Below the pieces are notes generated by a model. The model saw only the letters and a program-made list of their open reading frames with translations, did no database searches and was not told the origin of the DNA. The position numbers and the translations under genes are program-made. A stretch of 64,000 nucleotides of DNA. It comes from Kolteria novifilia. GTDB taxonomy: Bacteria > Planctomycetota > Planctomycetia > Kolteriales > Kolteriaceae. Location of the stretch: the NCBI RefSeq assembly GCF_007748055.1, contig NZ_CP036279.1, one strand, 5' to 3'. Shown in pieces: positions 19,979 to 30,107 of this stretch; positions within the stretch are counted from its first letter, which is position 1, and the number at the start of each line of letters is the position of its first letter.

Positions 19979-21507
19979 AGCCCGAAGAACTAGACGACCT
20001 GTATGAGCTGTTCGACGCGGTGATCGAAGACCGGCTCACCCCCGAACAGGCCGAGACCCTGGAACAACGCGTTCTCGGGGATCGCGCCGTTCGCCGGCTC
20101 TACGTCGAGTACATGCACCAGAATGCCTCCATGCTTTGGTGGATGGGCGCCAGTCCCGTCTTCGATGGTGCCAAGCCCGACGCGACCGCGACATTGCGCG
20201 CCGTGGCCAACGAGCCCTTCGGCGACGAGGACGAGGAGCGCGAAACGCCCCCGTTCCGGCAACGGATGCTCAAACGCGGGGCCTCCTATGCCGCGATGCT
20301 CGCGTTCGGACTCCTGCTGGGAGTGGTGATGACGCTCAGTGGTCCCAGCGGCCAGAAGACGACCGTTCCCGGCACGAGCACGGTGGCGGAGTTGGTGGTC
20401 GCCAACGGCTGCAAGTGGGACTCGGCGACCGTCTCGACCGTTGAAGGGGCTCGGCTGACGGCGGGGCGACTGCATCTCGCCGAGGGACTGGCCCGGGTCC
20501 GTTTCGACAGTGGCGCCGAGGTGGCGCTCGAAGCGCCGGCGGAACTCGAGATCATCTCCTCCATGGCGTGCGTGCTTCACTCCGGACGACTGCTGGCCAA
20601 TGTGCCTCCGCAGGCCAAGGGATTCGTCGTCGATACGCCCAAGGCCAAGCTCATCGATCACGGCACCGAGTTCGGCGTCAGCGTCGATGCCGACGGCGAG
20701 GCGGGTGTCCTCGTCTTTGACGGCATCGTCGATGTCGAGCATCGCGCCACCGGCGAGAAGAAACGCATGGTCACCGGCAAGGGTGTTCATGTCGACGCCG
20801 CGACCTTGACCGAGATCGAGCTCAAGGATGGCGAGGAGGTCGGTGAGACGGGGCGCGACCACAAGGGGAAGACCGTCCGCAAGCAGGACGGCACTTATCA
20901 GGTCAGGATCACCAGCGCCCAAGGGAAGGGAAAGGACGCGTACGTTCAGTCGGGAGAGCGGACCGACCACACCTCCGATATCCTGCTGCTCATCAAGAAC
21001 GATGGGAACGACAAGCGCAAGAACGCCTACCTTCGCAAGGGGTATGTCGGGCTGGATCTGTCGTCGCTCGAGGGGCTCGATCTACGTGACGCTCGCTTGA
21101 CACTGACCGCGCAGCCGAGTGGCTACGGATTCGCCGCGACGATGCCCGATTCGATCTTCTCGGTCTACGGACTCGTCGATGAATCGCTCGACGGTTGGAA
21201 CGAGGACGCGCTGCGCTGGGACAACGCTCCCGGCAACGGTCCCGGCGGCGCCGGCGTCGACCCCGAGAAGGTCGTCAAACTCGGAACGTTCGTCGTCCCA
21301 CGCAACGTGCAACATGGCGCCTTCAGCATCGAGGGGCCCGAACTCGTCGAATTCCTCAACCGCGATACCAACGGCATCGGCACTTTCCTACTCGTCCGCG
21401 ACACGACTGGCCCTTCCCAGTGCCTGGTTCACGGCTTCGCCAACAAGTACCACCCCACCGCGATGCCCCCCACGCTCACCGTCACGATCGCGGGGGAGGA
21501 GAAGTAG
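19975..21507 (+). CDS. FecR-like anti-sigma factor (TM helix, FecR domain, C-terminal carbohydrate-binding-like domain)
   Basis: Start at M14 of ORF 19936..21507 (MKPEELDDLYELF), overlapping the sigma stop as ATGA. TM helix YAAMLAFGLLLGVVMTL. FecR-like block LTAGRLHLAEGLARVRFDSGAEVALEAPAEL. Confidence 0.8.
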   Translation: MKPEELDDLYELFDAVIEDRLTPEQAETLEQRVLGDRAVRRLYVEYMHQNASMLWWMGASPVFDGAKPDATATLRAVANEPFGDEDEERETPPFRQRMLKRGASYAAMLAFGLLLGVVMTLSGPSGQKTTVPGTSTVAELVVANGCKWDSATVSTVEGARLTAGRLHLAEGLARVRFDSGAEVALEAPAELEIISSMACVLHSGRLLANVPPQAKGFVVDTPKAKLIDHGTEFGVSVDADGEAGVLVFDGIVDVEHRATGEKKRMVTGKGVHVDAATLTEIELKDGEEVGETGRDHKGKTVRKQDGTYQVRITSAQGKGKDAYVQSGERTDHTSDILLLIKNDGNDKRKNAYLRKGYVGLDLSSLEGLDLRDARLTLTAQPSGYGFAATMPDSIFSVYGLVDESLDGWNEDALRWDNAPGNGPGGAGVDPEKVVKLGTFVVPRNVQHGAFSIEGPELVEFLNRDTNGIGTFLLVRDTTGPSQCLVHGFANKYHPTAMPPTLTVTIAGEEK

Positions 21508-21574
21508 GCACGTTGTCCTCACCTGTCCAAGGGGGCACAAAGTCCGATGAGTGGTGGGTCAAGACCGACCCTAC

Positions 21575-22010
21575 TTGGCTCCCTGTGGGAGAGTGAGCCT
21601 CTTGTTCCCCTCTCCCTGTGGGAGAGGGGTTAGGGGTGAGGGGGGGCTTTCCCCACAAGTTGCCTTGTTTCACCAAGCAATGAATCCCCTCACCCGTCTC
21701 GCTTCGCTCGCCGACCTCTCCCCACGGGAGAGGTCAATGGTACCCCTCTCCCCGTGGGAGAGTGAGCCTCTTGTTCCCCTCTCCCTGTGGGAGAGTGAGC
21801 CTCTTGTTCCCCTCTCCCTGTGGGAGAGTGAGCCTCTTGTTCCCCCTCTCCCTGTGGGAGAGTGAGCCTCTTGTTCCCCTCTCCCTGTGGGAGAGGGGTT
21901 AGGGGTGAGGGGGTTCGCATTTGCGAATGCCCCCATCACTTTCCGAGGCGGAATCTCCCTCACCGGTCTCGCTTTGCTCGCCGACCTCTCCCCAAGAAGA
22001 GGTAAGGAGA
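21575..22010. repeat. Tandem array of 33-bp hairpin units (ccctctccc-tgt-gggagaggg + tgagcctcttgtt) with G-rich/C-rich flanks
   Basis: At least 5 consecutive units span 21742..21900, with a shorter block at 21581..21650. Units are followed by gggttaggggtgaggggg; a tcgcttcgctcgccgacctctcccca block is duplicated. It lies between convergent genes. Confidence 0.8.
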
Positions 22011-22062
22011 GGCTCCCAACGAGAGATCGATCCACCCTATCTGGCTCGACCCTTCCCGCGGT

Positions 22063-22497
22063 CTATTTCTTCACGCGTTCCCAGACGTGGACCCAACTGC
22101 CGGTGCCGGATTTGGTGCTGAACGTCTTGGGGCGGGGCTTTCCGAGAGCGGAGAAGGCGACGCGCGTTTGATCGCCGTTGCTTTCGTAGATCCCCAAAAA
22201 CGTCTTACCCTTGTCCCGACCACTGGAGTGAGTGATGTCGATCGACTTTGGTTTCGTGGTCGGATCGAGTTTCTGCGTCCCGGTAACGGTTCCCATGTCG
22301 GCAAGTGTGGCCGTGTAATGATTGCCCTTGATGACGAGCTTGCCACCTTTGAGCTGCTCTTCGTCCAGCGGCTTGCCGTCCATTTCGCCCCCAACCAGAC
22401 GCCAGGTGCCTTGAAAAGCCTGTTCGTCCGACTCTTCCGCGAACGCTTGCGTACCGAGAGCCACCATCAACCCCAGCGCCACGAATAAAGACCGCAT
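22063..22497 (-). CDS. TIGR03067-like small lipocalin-type secreted protein (planctomycete family)
   Basis: Start at M19 (MRSLFVALGLMVALGTQAFA), with GGAGGT 5 nt upstream. The motif FQGTWRLVGGEMDGKPL is typical of the family. Confidence 0.7.
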   Translation of the reverse strand: MRSLFVALGLMVALGTQAFAEESDEQAFQGTWRLVGGEMDGKPLDEEQLKGGKLVIKGNHYTATLADMGTVTGTQKLDPTTKPKSIDITHSSGRDKGKTFLGIYESNGDQTRVAFSALGKPRPKTFSTKSGTGSWVHVWERVKK

Positions 22498-22650
22498 GAT
22501 GTACCTCCGAGATGGACTCCGACGCTTGGCCGGAAGAAGCGACCAGATCACTGAACCCGACGTGTGTGCTCAAGAGATGTCGAGTATAAGCGATGCTGGC
22601 GACGAAATCCGGCTTTGTATCGCGGGATGTTCCTCGTCGCGAATGAGTAG

Positions 22651-22668
22651 GGTGGGTCTTGACCCACC
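22651..22668. terminator. Terminator-like hairpin ggtggg-tcttga-cccacc followed by a U-rich tract
   Basis: Lies just downstream of the isomerase gene. The same motif, agggtgggtcttgNNcccaccatct, recurs at 51658..51678. Confidence 0.4.
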
Positions 22669-22750
22669 ATCTCTATTTCCTCAACGACAACAATCGTGAT
22701 CCAGCGTGAGTGCTCGCGACGTTGGACATTGCAATCCCTTGCCTTCGATA

Positions 22751-23722
22751 TCAACCCGTCGCTGACGCCACGCATGCTTTCATCTTCTGAAGTCCGGTTT
22801 GGGCGACGTAGAGAGCGTCTTGTTTCCAGTAGTCGGGATTGAAGAGTTCGAGCGAGAGGACGGGCGTGGCGCCGACCGCGAGGAAGCCCTGAAGGATCTC
22901 GTCCATCGGGGCGATGCCGTCCCCGGGATAGATGCGGTCCTTGTCCTTGATCGTGGCGCGGGGGGGGACGGCGGGGTAGTCGTTCATGTGGAAGACTTGG
23001 AGCGACTCGGGGCCGAGCAGTCGGAGACTGGCGAATTCCGAGCCCCCCTTGTACGTGTGGTAGACGTCACCCAGGAAACAGGCTTTGGGATGTCGGCTGC
23101 GGATCGCGACGTAGATCGCTTGCGAGAGGGTGCCGATCGTGGCGTTGCCGCCCCACATCTCGACTTGAGGCGTGACGCCGAGCGGCTCGCCTAGCTCGAG
23201 AAGTTGGTGATACCGCTCCGCCGCTCGGTCGAGGTCGACCGACTGACCACGCGGCACGCCGGCCGGCGGTGCGGCGATGCGGGTGCCTCCCAGCTCGGCG
23301 ATCACTTCCATGTCGTGGGTCGCTTCGCGAAAGCCCGCCTCGCGCTGAGCCTCGTTGTCGACGATCCAGTTGGCGAAGCCGATCGCGCTCTCGACCTTCA
23401 AGCCATGATCGTCGAGCCGCTTGCGAAGTTCCTTGAGCGAGCCGCCGTTGTTCGTGTACTCGGTGATGGTGCGCAGCCAGGGCTCGATCCCGTCGTAGCC
23501 GGCTTGCGCGGCGATGTCGATCTCCTTCTCGATGCCTAGCTTTTGGCCGCGGATGGTGCTGGTGTTGAGGCAGTAGGTGAAGGTCGGCTTTCGCGCGTCG
23601 CCAGGCTTCGACGCGTCGGCCGCGAAGGTCGATGGGGGGCTCGTGGCGAGCCCCGCGATCAGCGAGCCTCCGAGCAGGAGGGCATCACGGCGCGACAGGT
23701 TGGGGGCGACATCAGAGGGCAT
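22751..23722 (-). CDS. Sugar phosphate isomerase/epimerase (xylose-isomerase-like TIM barrel), Tat-secreted
   Basis: 323 aa. Tat motif LSRRDALLLGGSLIAGLA. The sequence is TIM-barrel-like. Confidence 0.8.
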   Translation of the reverse strand: MPSDVAPNLSRRDALLLGGSLIAGLATSPPSTFAADASKPGDARKPTFTYCLNTSTIRGQKLGIEKEIDIAAQAGYDGIEPWLRTITEYTNNGGSLKELRKRLDDHGLKVESAIGFANWIVDNEAQREAGFREATHDMEVIAELGGTRIAAPPAGVPRGQSVDLDRAAERYHQLLELGEPLGVTPQVEMWGGNATIGTLSQAIYVAIRSRHPKACFLGDVYHTYKGGSEFASLRLLGPESLQVFHMNDYPAVPPRATIKDKDRIYPGDGIAPMDEILQGFLAVGATPVLSLELFNPDYWKQDALYVAQTGLQKMKACVASATG

Positions 23723-23951
23723 CGACGGAAATCCTTCTGGATGGGAAACAGCTTGCGTGAAGAAGTAGGGGTCGCCGGCGGCGAGTCGATCAACTGGTCG
23801 CTCGCGTTCGGATTGGTCAACTCACTGGCCACAAGACTCGTGGGTGCTATGCCCACGCGCGCCGTGGGCATGTGGGAACAGCATGTGATTCGGCAAGCTC
23901 CCATACGAAAGCTGAACGGGACGTTGTGCCACGGACTTGCCCATCAGGTCA

Positions 23952-25346
23952 CTAGCGGTATCGCTTGCCCTCGGGTTTCTTCGGTTCGATCTGCGGGCGG
24001 GCGTCGACGTGGCTGGCGTTGGCGACCGCGACCAGGCGTTTGAGTACCTCGGGGTGTTTCTTCGACAGATCGTTCTTTTCCGAAAGATCGTCGTCAAGAT
24101 TATAGAGCTCCCAGGGCTTGTTGGGTTTATGCCGCAAGAGCTTCCACTTGCCGCGGCGCACCGCTTGGCCGCCGCGATCCCACTCCCAGTAGAGGCATTC
24201 CCGCTCGGTCTGATCCTGGGGCTTGCCGAGCAGGGTGGGAACGATCGAGATGCCGTCGATGTCCTTGGGAAGATACTCGGTGGCATCGGCGAGTTGAGCG
24301 GCCGTGGGGAGAAAGTCGGGAAAGTAGATCGGCAGATGGCTCACCGAGCCGGGAGCGATCTTGCCGGGCCAGCTTGCGATGAAGGGAACCCGAATGCCCC
24401 CTTCGTTCATCGAACGCTTGAAGCCGGTCAGCGCGCCACTGGAGTCGAGGATGCCGTCGAAGCGGTGGGAGGCTCCGTTGTCCGAACAGAAGAAGACGAT
24501 CGTTTTCTTGTCGATGCCGAGTTCCTTGAGCAGAGTGACCGTCTCGCCGAGTTGGCGGTCGGCCATGCTGATGAAGGCGGCGTGGACCTTGGCGGGGTTG
24601 GGCCACGGCTTGTCCTTGTAGAGTTGCCACGCCGGCTCATCCTCGGGGATGTGGTAGTCGGCGTGTGGCGGCGTCCACGGGGCGTAGCAGAAGAAGTGCT
24701 GGTCCTTGTTCGCGCGGATGAACTGTTTCATCTCGTCGAAGATGAGGTGGGCGGAGAACTGACGCTCGGGCGACACCGTGGGGCCCTTCGGCTTGACGTC
24801 GTTGAGGTCGGCGTTGTTGGGTAGCGGGAAGTGCTTGCCATTCTTGATGAGGTAGCTCGGGAAGAAGTTGTGGGCGTGGATCTGGTGGTAGTAGCCGAAG
24901 AACTCGTCGAAGCCCTGTTTCTCGGCGGCGCCCTCGGTGTCGATCTCGCCGAGTCCCCACTTGCCGAAGCCGCCGGTGACGTAGCCGGCTCGTTTGAGGA
25001 CTTCCGCGACGGTGATGTCGTCGTCGCGTAGGGGAATACCGCCGGAATTGCCACGCACCGAGGTATGGCCCATGTGGTAGCCGGTCATCAGGGTCGAGCG
25101 GGCCGGGGCGCAGACGGTGCATCCGGAGTAGGCGTCGGTGAAGCGCATTCCGTGGGCGGCGAGGGCATCGATGTTCGGCGTCTTGATCTCCTTGGAGCCA
25201 TAGCAGCCGGCGTCGGCCCACCCCATGTCGTCATCCATGATGAAGATGATGTTCGGGCGTTCGTCGGCCGAGACGGAACGCAGCATTCCGAACAATCCCA
25301 TGACGAGGCAGGCGAGCAAGATGCTAGTGCGGCGTCGCGAAGTCAT
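23952..25346 (-). CDS. Arylsulfatase (formylglycine-dependent sulfatase)
   Basis: Start at M54 of ORF 23952..25505 (MTSRRRTSILLACLVMG, a signal peptide). Sulfatase signature SGCTVCAPARSTLMTG (C-x-P-x-R). It is the last gene of the PSCyt-DUF1501 operon. Confidence 0.9.
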   Translation of the reverse strand: MTSRRRTSILLACLVMGLFGMLRSVSADERPNIIFIMDDDMGWADAGCYGSKEIKTPNIDALAAHGMRFTDAYSGCTVCAPARSTLMTGYHMGHTSVRGNSGGIPLRDDDITVAEVLKRAGYVTGGFGKWGLGEIDTEGAAEKQGFDEFFGYYHQIHAHNFFPSYLIKNGKHFPLPNNADLNDVKPKGPTVSPERQFSAHLIFDEMKQFIRANKDQHFFCYAPWTPPHADYHIPEDEPAWQLYKDKPWPNPAKVHAAFISMADRQLGETVTLLKELGIDKKTIVFFCSDNGASHRFDGILDSSGALTGFKRSMNEGGIRVPFIASWPGKIAPGSVSHLPIYFPDFLPTAAQLADATEYLPKDIDGISIVPTLLGKPQDQTERECLYWEWDRGGQAVRRGKWKLLRHKPNKPWELYNLDDDLSEKNDLSKKHPEVLKRLVAVANASHVDARPQIEPKKPEGKRYR

Positions 25347-25467
25347 GATTCCCTTTCGAAGAGGTCCGATCGTTGTCGCCACGATGGTTGCACAAACGAT
25401 CGTGCGAGGCCACAAGAAAGGGCTCAAGGCCAGTGGCAACGTCGAGGGAAGGGGTTGCGCAGGTGGC

Positions 25468-26889
25468 TTACGCGATGATGTCGTGAGCGACGTGGCCGTG
25501 CACATCGGTGAGGCGGAAGTCGCGACCGGAGTAGCGATAGGTCAGCCGTTCGTGGTCGATGCCCAGCAGGTGGAGGAGCGTCGCATGCAAGTCGTGGACG
25601 TGGACGCGTTTGTCGATCGCGTTCATGCCGAGTTCGTCGGTCGCGCCGTGGGTATAGCCTCCCTTAACGCCGCCGCCGGCGAGGAACATCGAAAAACCGG
25701 TGTGATGGTGATCGCGTCCCGCCTTGGTCATGTCCTTCTTCTTGTCGAGTTGAGCGTACGGCGTTCGACCGAACTCGCCGCCCCAGACGACAAGCGTGTC
25801 CTCGAGTAGGCCGCGCGTCTTTAGATCGGTCAGCAGCGCCGCGGTCGCTTGGTCGCTGTCGGCGCAGAGTCGCTCGTGGGACTTGTTGTTGTTGCTGTGC
25901 GTGTCCCAGGGCTGCTTGCCTTTCTTGGTGACGTAGTAGACCTGAATGAAGCGGACCCCACGCTCGGCCAGGCGACGAGCCATCAGGCAGCTTTGCCCGA
26001 AGGGGCTCTTGCCGTACATCTCGCGAATCGGCTCGGGCTCGCGGTGGACGTCGAAGGCCTCGGTCGCCTCGCTTTGCATCGCGAAGGCGAGCTCCATCGC
26101 CCGGATCTGCGCGTCGAGGGCGGCGTCCTGGGGGCGCTGGGCGGCGTGCAGTCGGTTGAGCGAGTTGATTAGCTCGACCTGATCGCCCAACTGGGCACGC
26201 GTGAGCCGGGGATGACGGATGTTGGCGACGAGTCGGTCGACCGCCAACTCGTTGGTGTCGAGCGACATGCCCTGGTGCTCGCCGGGCAGGAAGGCGCTCG
26301 ACCAAAGTTGCGGGCCCACCACCGGCCGGCCGGGACAGAGGACGACGAACGACGGCAGGTTTTTGTTCTCGTTGCCGAGACCGTAGGAGAGCCACGACCC
26401 GAGGCTCGGGCGAATGGGCTGCTGGTTGCCCGAATTCATCATCAAGAGGCCCGGCTCGTGGTTGGGCACGTCGGTATGCATCGAGCGGAGGACGCAGAGA
26501 TCATCGGCGCACTTGGCGAGGTTTGGGAAAAGCTCGCTCATGACGACGCCGCCTTGCCCGTGCGCCTTGAACTTGAAGGGGGAGGGCATGAAGCCGGCAC
26601 CACGCGGCTTGCGGCCCTTGTCGTCCTTGGAAGGCTTTTGGCCGGCGTACTTCCGCAGCGCCGGCTTGGGGTCGAACGTGTCGACGTGCGAGGGAGCCCC
26701 GTTCATGAAGAGGAAGATGACCCGCTTGGCTTTCGGCGGAAAGTGGGGGATGCTCGCGAGGTTCGCGGGAGTCTGGTTCCCCAGCAGACCCGCGGCCTGG
26801 AGCGTTCCCGCCAGACCGAGCATACCGAAACCGGCGCCGGCTTGGTGGAGGAACTCACGGCGAGTGCGGGGCGATTGCGGGATATCCAT
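25468..26889 (-). CDS. DUF1501 family protein (Tat signal)
   Basis: Start at M56 of ORF 25468..27054 (MDIPQSPRTRREFLHQAG). Blocks FLFMNGAPSHVDTFD and AGRDHH. Confidence 0.9.
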   Translation of the reverse strand: MDIPQSPRTRREFLHQAGAGFGMLGLAGTLQAAGLLGNQTPANLASIPHFPPKAKRVIFLFMNGAPSHVDTFDPKPALRKYAGQKPSKDDKGRKPRGAGFMPSPFKFKAHGQGGVVMSELFPNLAKCADDLCVLRSMHTDVPNHEPGLLMMNSGNQQPIRPSLGSWLSYGLGNENKNLPSFVVLCPGRPVVGPQLWSSAFLPGEHQGMSLDTNELAVDRLVANIRHPRLTRAQLGDQVELINSLNRLHAAQRPQDAALDAQIRAMELAFAMQSEATEAFDVHREPEPIREMYGKSPFGQSCLMARRLAERGVRFIQVYYVTKKGKQPWDTHSNNNKSHERLCADSDQATAALLTDLKTRGLLEDTLVVWGGEFGRTPYAQLDKKKDMTKAGRDHHHTGFSMFLAGGGVKGGYTHGATDELGMNAIDKRVHVHDLHATLLHLLGIDHERLTYRYSGRDFRLTDVHGHVAHDIIA

Positions 26890-26900
26890 TGTGACGACCT

Positions 26901-29051
26901 TTAGTCGAGGATGATCATCTCGTTGGTGGCGAGCAGGGCCTGGGCCAAGTTGCGCCACCGCTGGGGCCGAGCGGAAACGTCCGGCCCGAGGAAGGCCTCG
27001 GCAAGCGTTCGTTCGGCCGACGACGGTGAGCGGCCGAGGAGGAGCTGGTAGCAACGCTCGATCCGCGCCGAGTCACTGGAACCGACTTCGGCATCGAGCC
27101 GGGCGAGCAGCGCATCGCCGAGTTCCACCATGAAGGGACTGTTGATCGCGAAGAGCTTCTGCAGCGGCGTGGTGGTGTGGGGGCGCAGCGCGCTGTGGGC
27201 GTTGGGATCGGGAAAGTCGAACTTGGCCAGCAGCGGGTGGAGTTGAAAGCGGCTGATGCGGCTATAAACCGTTCGCCGTGGCGTCGCGAGGTCGTCCGGT
27301 TCGATCGACGTTCCGCCGAGGTCTTCGTTGAGGAGCCCGGTGACGCTCAAGAGGGAATCACGCCACTGTTCGACGTCGAGCCGGCGCCGGTTCATGTGGC
27401 CCAGGAGCTTGTTGCCGGGGTCGGCTTTCAGGGTCTCGGGGGCGCCCTGGCTGCTCTGGCGATAGGTCGCCGAGAGGGCGATTTCGCGGTGGAGCCACTT
27501 GAGCGACCAGCCGTGGTCCATGAATCGAACCGCCAGGTCGTCGAGTAGATCGGGGTGTGTTGGCCGCGAACCGAGCATGCCGAAGTTGCTCGGCGTGCCG
27601 ACAAGGGGTTGGCCGAAGTGCCGGGCCCAGACGCGATTGACGATGACCCGCGCGGTCAGCGGGTTGTCGCGTTCGACGATCGCGTCGGCGAGTTGGGCTC
27701 GGCCGCTGCCGTTGGTGAGTGGCCGGGGCGAGGGAGAGAGCACTTGCAAGAAGGAGCGTTCGACGACCGGCCCCTTGTTCTTGATGTCGCCGCGAATGAA
27801 GACGTTTAGGTCGACCGGCGTTCGGTCGCGAACGACGTGAATCGACTCCTCCGGGTTCTCCGCGTTGCCGTCTTTCTTCTTCTTGTGGTTGTCGTCGAGC
27901 GGGCGGTTATACATCGCGGTGCTGGCGAAGACGCCGGCTAACGCGTAGTAGTCCTCGGTCGCGATCGGGTCGTACTTGTGGTCGTGACAGCGAGCACACG
28001 CGACCGTCAGCCCCAGCAAGCCACGCGAGACAACATCGACGCGATCCTCCCATTCCTCGGCCCTGACCGCGGGATTGCCGCGACCGTAGTACTTCGGACC
28101 GAGTCCGAGGAAACCGAGCGCCGCGACATGCTCCTGGCTCTCCGGCTCGAAGGTATCGGACGCCAACTGAAGGCGGAGGAAGCGATCGTAGGGCATGTCC
28201 TGGTTGAGGGCGGCGATGAGCCAGTCGCGATAGAGGTACGCGTTGGGGTAGAAGAGTGACTTGTTGTTGCCGACGATGTGAGCTTGATCCTCGGCGTAGC
28301 GGGCGACGTCCATCCAGACGCGAGCCCAACGCTCCCCATAGTGCGGCGACGCGAGTAGTCGGTCGACGAGCCGTTCGTAGGCGTCGGAAGCCTCGTCGTC
28401 GACGAAGGCGATGACCTCTTCCGGGGTCGGGGGCAGGCCGGTCAAGTCGAAGCTGAGTCGGCGAATGAGCGTGCGCCGGTCGGCCTCGGCCGCGGGCGTG
28501 AGGCCCTCGTTCTCCAGTCGCGCGAGGACGAAGCCGTCGAGCGGTCGCCTGATCCAGTCGTTTCGTTTGGTGGCGGACGGCACGTGACGCGTGGGAGGTT
28601 GGAACGACCAGAACTCGCGCGCTTTGGCGAAGTCGATCGTCTTGGGTTTGGGCGGAGGGGCCTTGCCGTCGCGGGGATCGTCGGCGCCCATCTCGATCCA
28701 ACGTTCAAAGTCGGCGATCACCTTCTCGGGAAGTTTCTGATCGGGCGGCATCTCGAAGGTTTCGTGACGAATCGCCGCGAGGATCAGGCTCGCCTCTTTG
28801 TCCTTGGGAACGACGGCAGGCCCGGAATCGCCCCCGGTGCGCATGCCCGAGCGAGTGTCGATCGAGAGGCCGCCGTTGGTTTCACCCTCCTTGGCGGAGT
28901 GGCACTCGGCGCAGTATTGGAGCAGGACCGGGCGGATCTTCCGTTCGAAGAACTCGATTCGTCCTTCAGGAGCGGCCGCGGCGACTAATCGCGCGAGAGA
29001 AAGCACGCACAAGGCAGCGAGTAGGACACGATGCGAGGGCGGCAACGCCAT
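26901..29051 (-). CDS. PSCyt1/PSCyt2/PSD1 (DUF1549/DUF1553) family protein
   Basis: Start at M90 of ORF 26901..29318 (MALPPSHRVLLAALCVLSLARLVAAAAP). Heme motif QYCAECHSAKEG. It sits 11 bp upstream of the DUF1501 gene. Confidence 0.9.
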   Translation of the reverse strand: MALPPSHRVLLAALCVLSLARLVAAAAPEGRIEFFERKIRPVLLQYCAECHSAKEGETNGGLSIDTRSGMRTGGDSGPAVVPKDKEASLILAAIRHETFEMPPDQKLPEKVIADFERWIEMGADDPRDGKAPPPKPKTIDFAKAREFWSFQPPTRHVPSATKRNDWIRRPLDGFVLARLENEGLTPAAEADRRTLIRRLSFDLTGLPPTPEEVIAFVDDEASDAYERLVDRLLASPHYGERWARVWMDVARYAEDQAHIVGNNKSLFYPNAYLYRDWLIAALNQDMPYDRFLRLQLASDTFEPESQEHVAALGFLGLGPKYYGRGNPAVRAEEWEDRVDVVSRGLLGLTVACARCHDHKYDPIATEDYYALAGVFASTAMYNRPLDDNHKKKKDGNAENPEESIHVVRDRTPVDLNVFIRGDIKNKGPVVERSFLQVLSPSPRPLTNGSGRAQLADAIVERDNPLTARVIVNRVWARHFGQPLVGTPSNFGMLGSRPTHPDLLDDLAVRFMDHGWSLKWLHREIALSATYRQSSQGAPETLKADPGNKLLGHMNRRRLDVEQWRDSLLSVTGLLNEDLGGTSIEPDDLATPRRTVYSRISRFQLHPLLAKFDFPDPNAHSALRPHTTTPLQKLFAINSPFMVELGDALLARLDAEVGSSDSARIERCYQLLLGRSPSSAERTLAEAFLGPDVSARPQRWRNLAQALLATNEMIILD

Positions 29052-29399
29052 GGGGTATCTCGTTAGGTGGGGCGCACGCAGCGCGAAGTTGGCGGGTCCA
29101 GAGGCTCCCCAAGTATAACGCACGGCCAGAGGGACGCAAGGGAGGAACCCGTCGAAGGGGACGGTGAGGAGGAGTCTCTCTCCAGTATCCCGCAGGGGGC
29201 GTTTCGACCGCGAGATAATCCGGAAACGACCAGCCAACGTGGTGAGGGCAGGAACCAGACGGTACACTCGGCTTGAACGAAAGAGAGAGGTCTTCCTGCG
29301 GCGGGTTGGGGGTATCACCGCGCGGACTGACTTGGGCCGATACGTGCGGTGACGCGATCATCGCGCCGGCTTCCGTGGTCGAGAAGGGGATGTTTAGCG

Positions 29400-30107
29400 A
29401 TGGTTCACTCCAGCAACGTTCATCACCTGGTTATTGTTCTCTTGTCGGCGTGGTCGGTCGCCGCCGCGGTCGCGGACGATCCTCCCTCGGCGACGAAAGA
29501 GGCACTTGATGCGTACCGTCGTCTCGTCGGCTCGGCGCGTGAGGAGATGCTCACGGGATTTGATGTCGTGCTTCGCAAACTGCCATCACAAACTCAACGG
29601 CTAGGGGAAAGCGAGCAGTACCGATTGAGCAAGTTGATCGACGACGAGAAGCTTCGTTTCAAGTCCGAGGGCCTCATCCCGTGGTCGCTGCCGATGCGTC
29701 CCTACCTCGATCAGTATCGTCGGACGATGTCCAAGGCCCAGGATCGACTCCGGCGGGTGTACGACACCGCCATCAAGCAAGCCACGCAGTCGGGGGATAC
29801 CAATCAGGCGGACATCTTGCTGGCGGAGCTCGAAGGGACCATAAAGCCGCAGGTCGTCGCGGTTTGGCGACACAACGCGGGCAGGGGCGGGCGGCGGAAA
29901 CTCTTCTACTCCAACGGCAAGATCAGCGAACCAGACGCCGCCAATCAATGGACCTTTCAGCGTGGTAATTTACTCCTCGTTTGGAAGGACCCCAAGGCTC
30001 CAGGGGGAGCTTGGAAGGATCGCTGCAAGGTTGCCGACGATGGGTTGACCTACCTGGGACGCAACCAACGGGGAACCAAGATCCGTGGCGAGTATGTCAC
30101 CAAATAG
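29400..30107 (+). CDS. Hypothetical secreted protein
   Basis: Start at M18 (MVHSSNVHHLVIVLLSAWSVAAAVA, a signal peptide). I recognise no family. Confidence 0.45.
   Translation: MVHSSNVHHLVIVLLSAWSVAAAVADDPPSATKEALDAYRRLVGSAREEMLTGFDVVLRKLPSQTQRLGESEQYRLSKLIDDEKLRFKSEGLIPWSLPMRPYLDQYRRTMSKAQDRLRRVYDTAIKQATQSGDTNQADILLAELEGTIKPQVVAVWRHNAGRGGRRKLFYSNGKISEPDAANQWTFQRGNLLLVWKDPKAPGGAWKDRCKVADDGLTYLGRNQRGTKIRGEYVTK

Noticed and set aside
23937-24824. 295-aa + ORF
   Set aside because: Antisense to the arylsulfatase gene.
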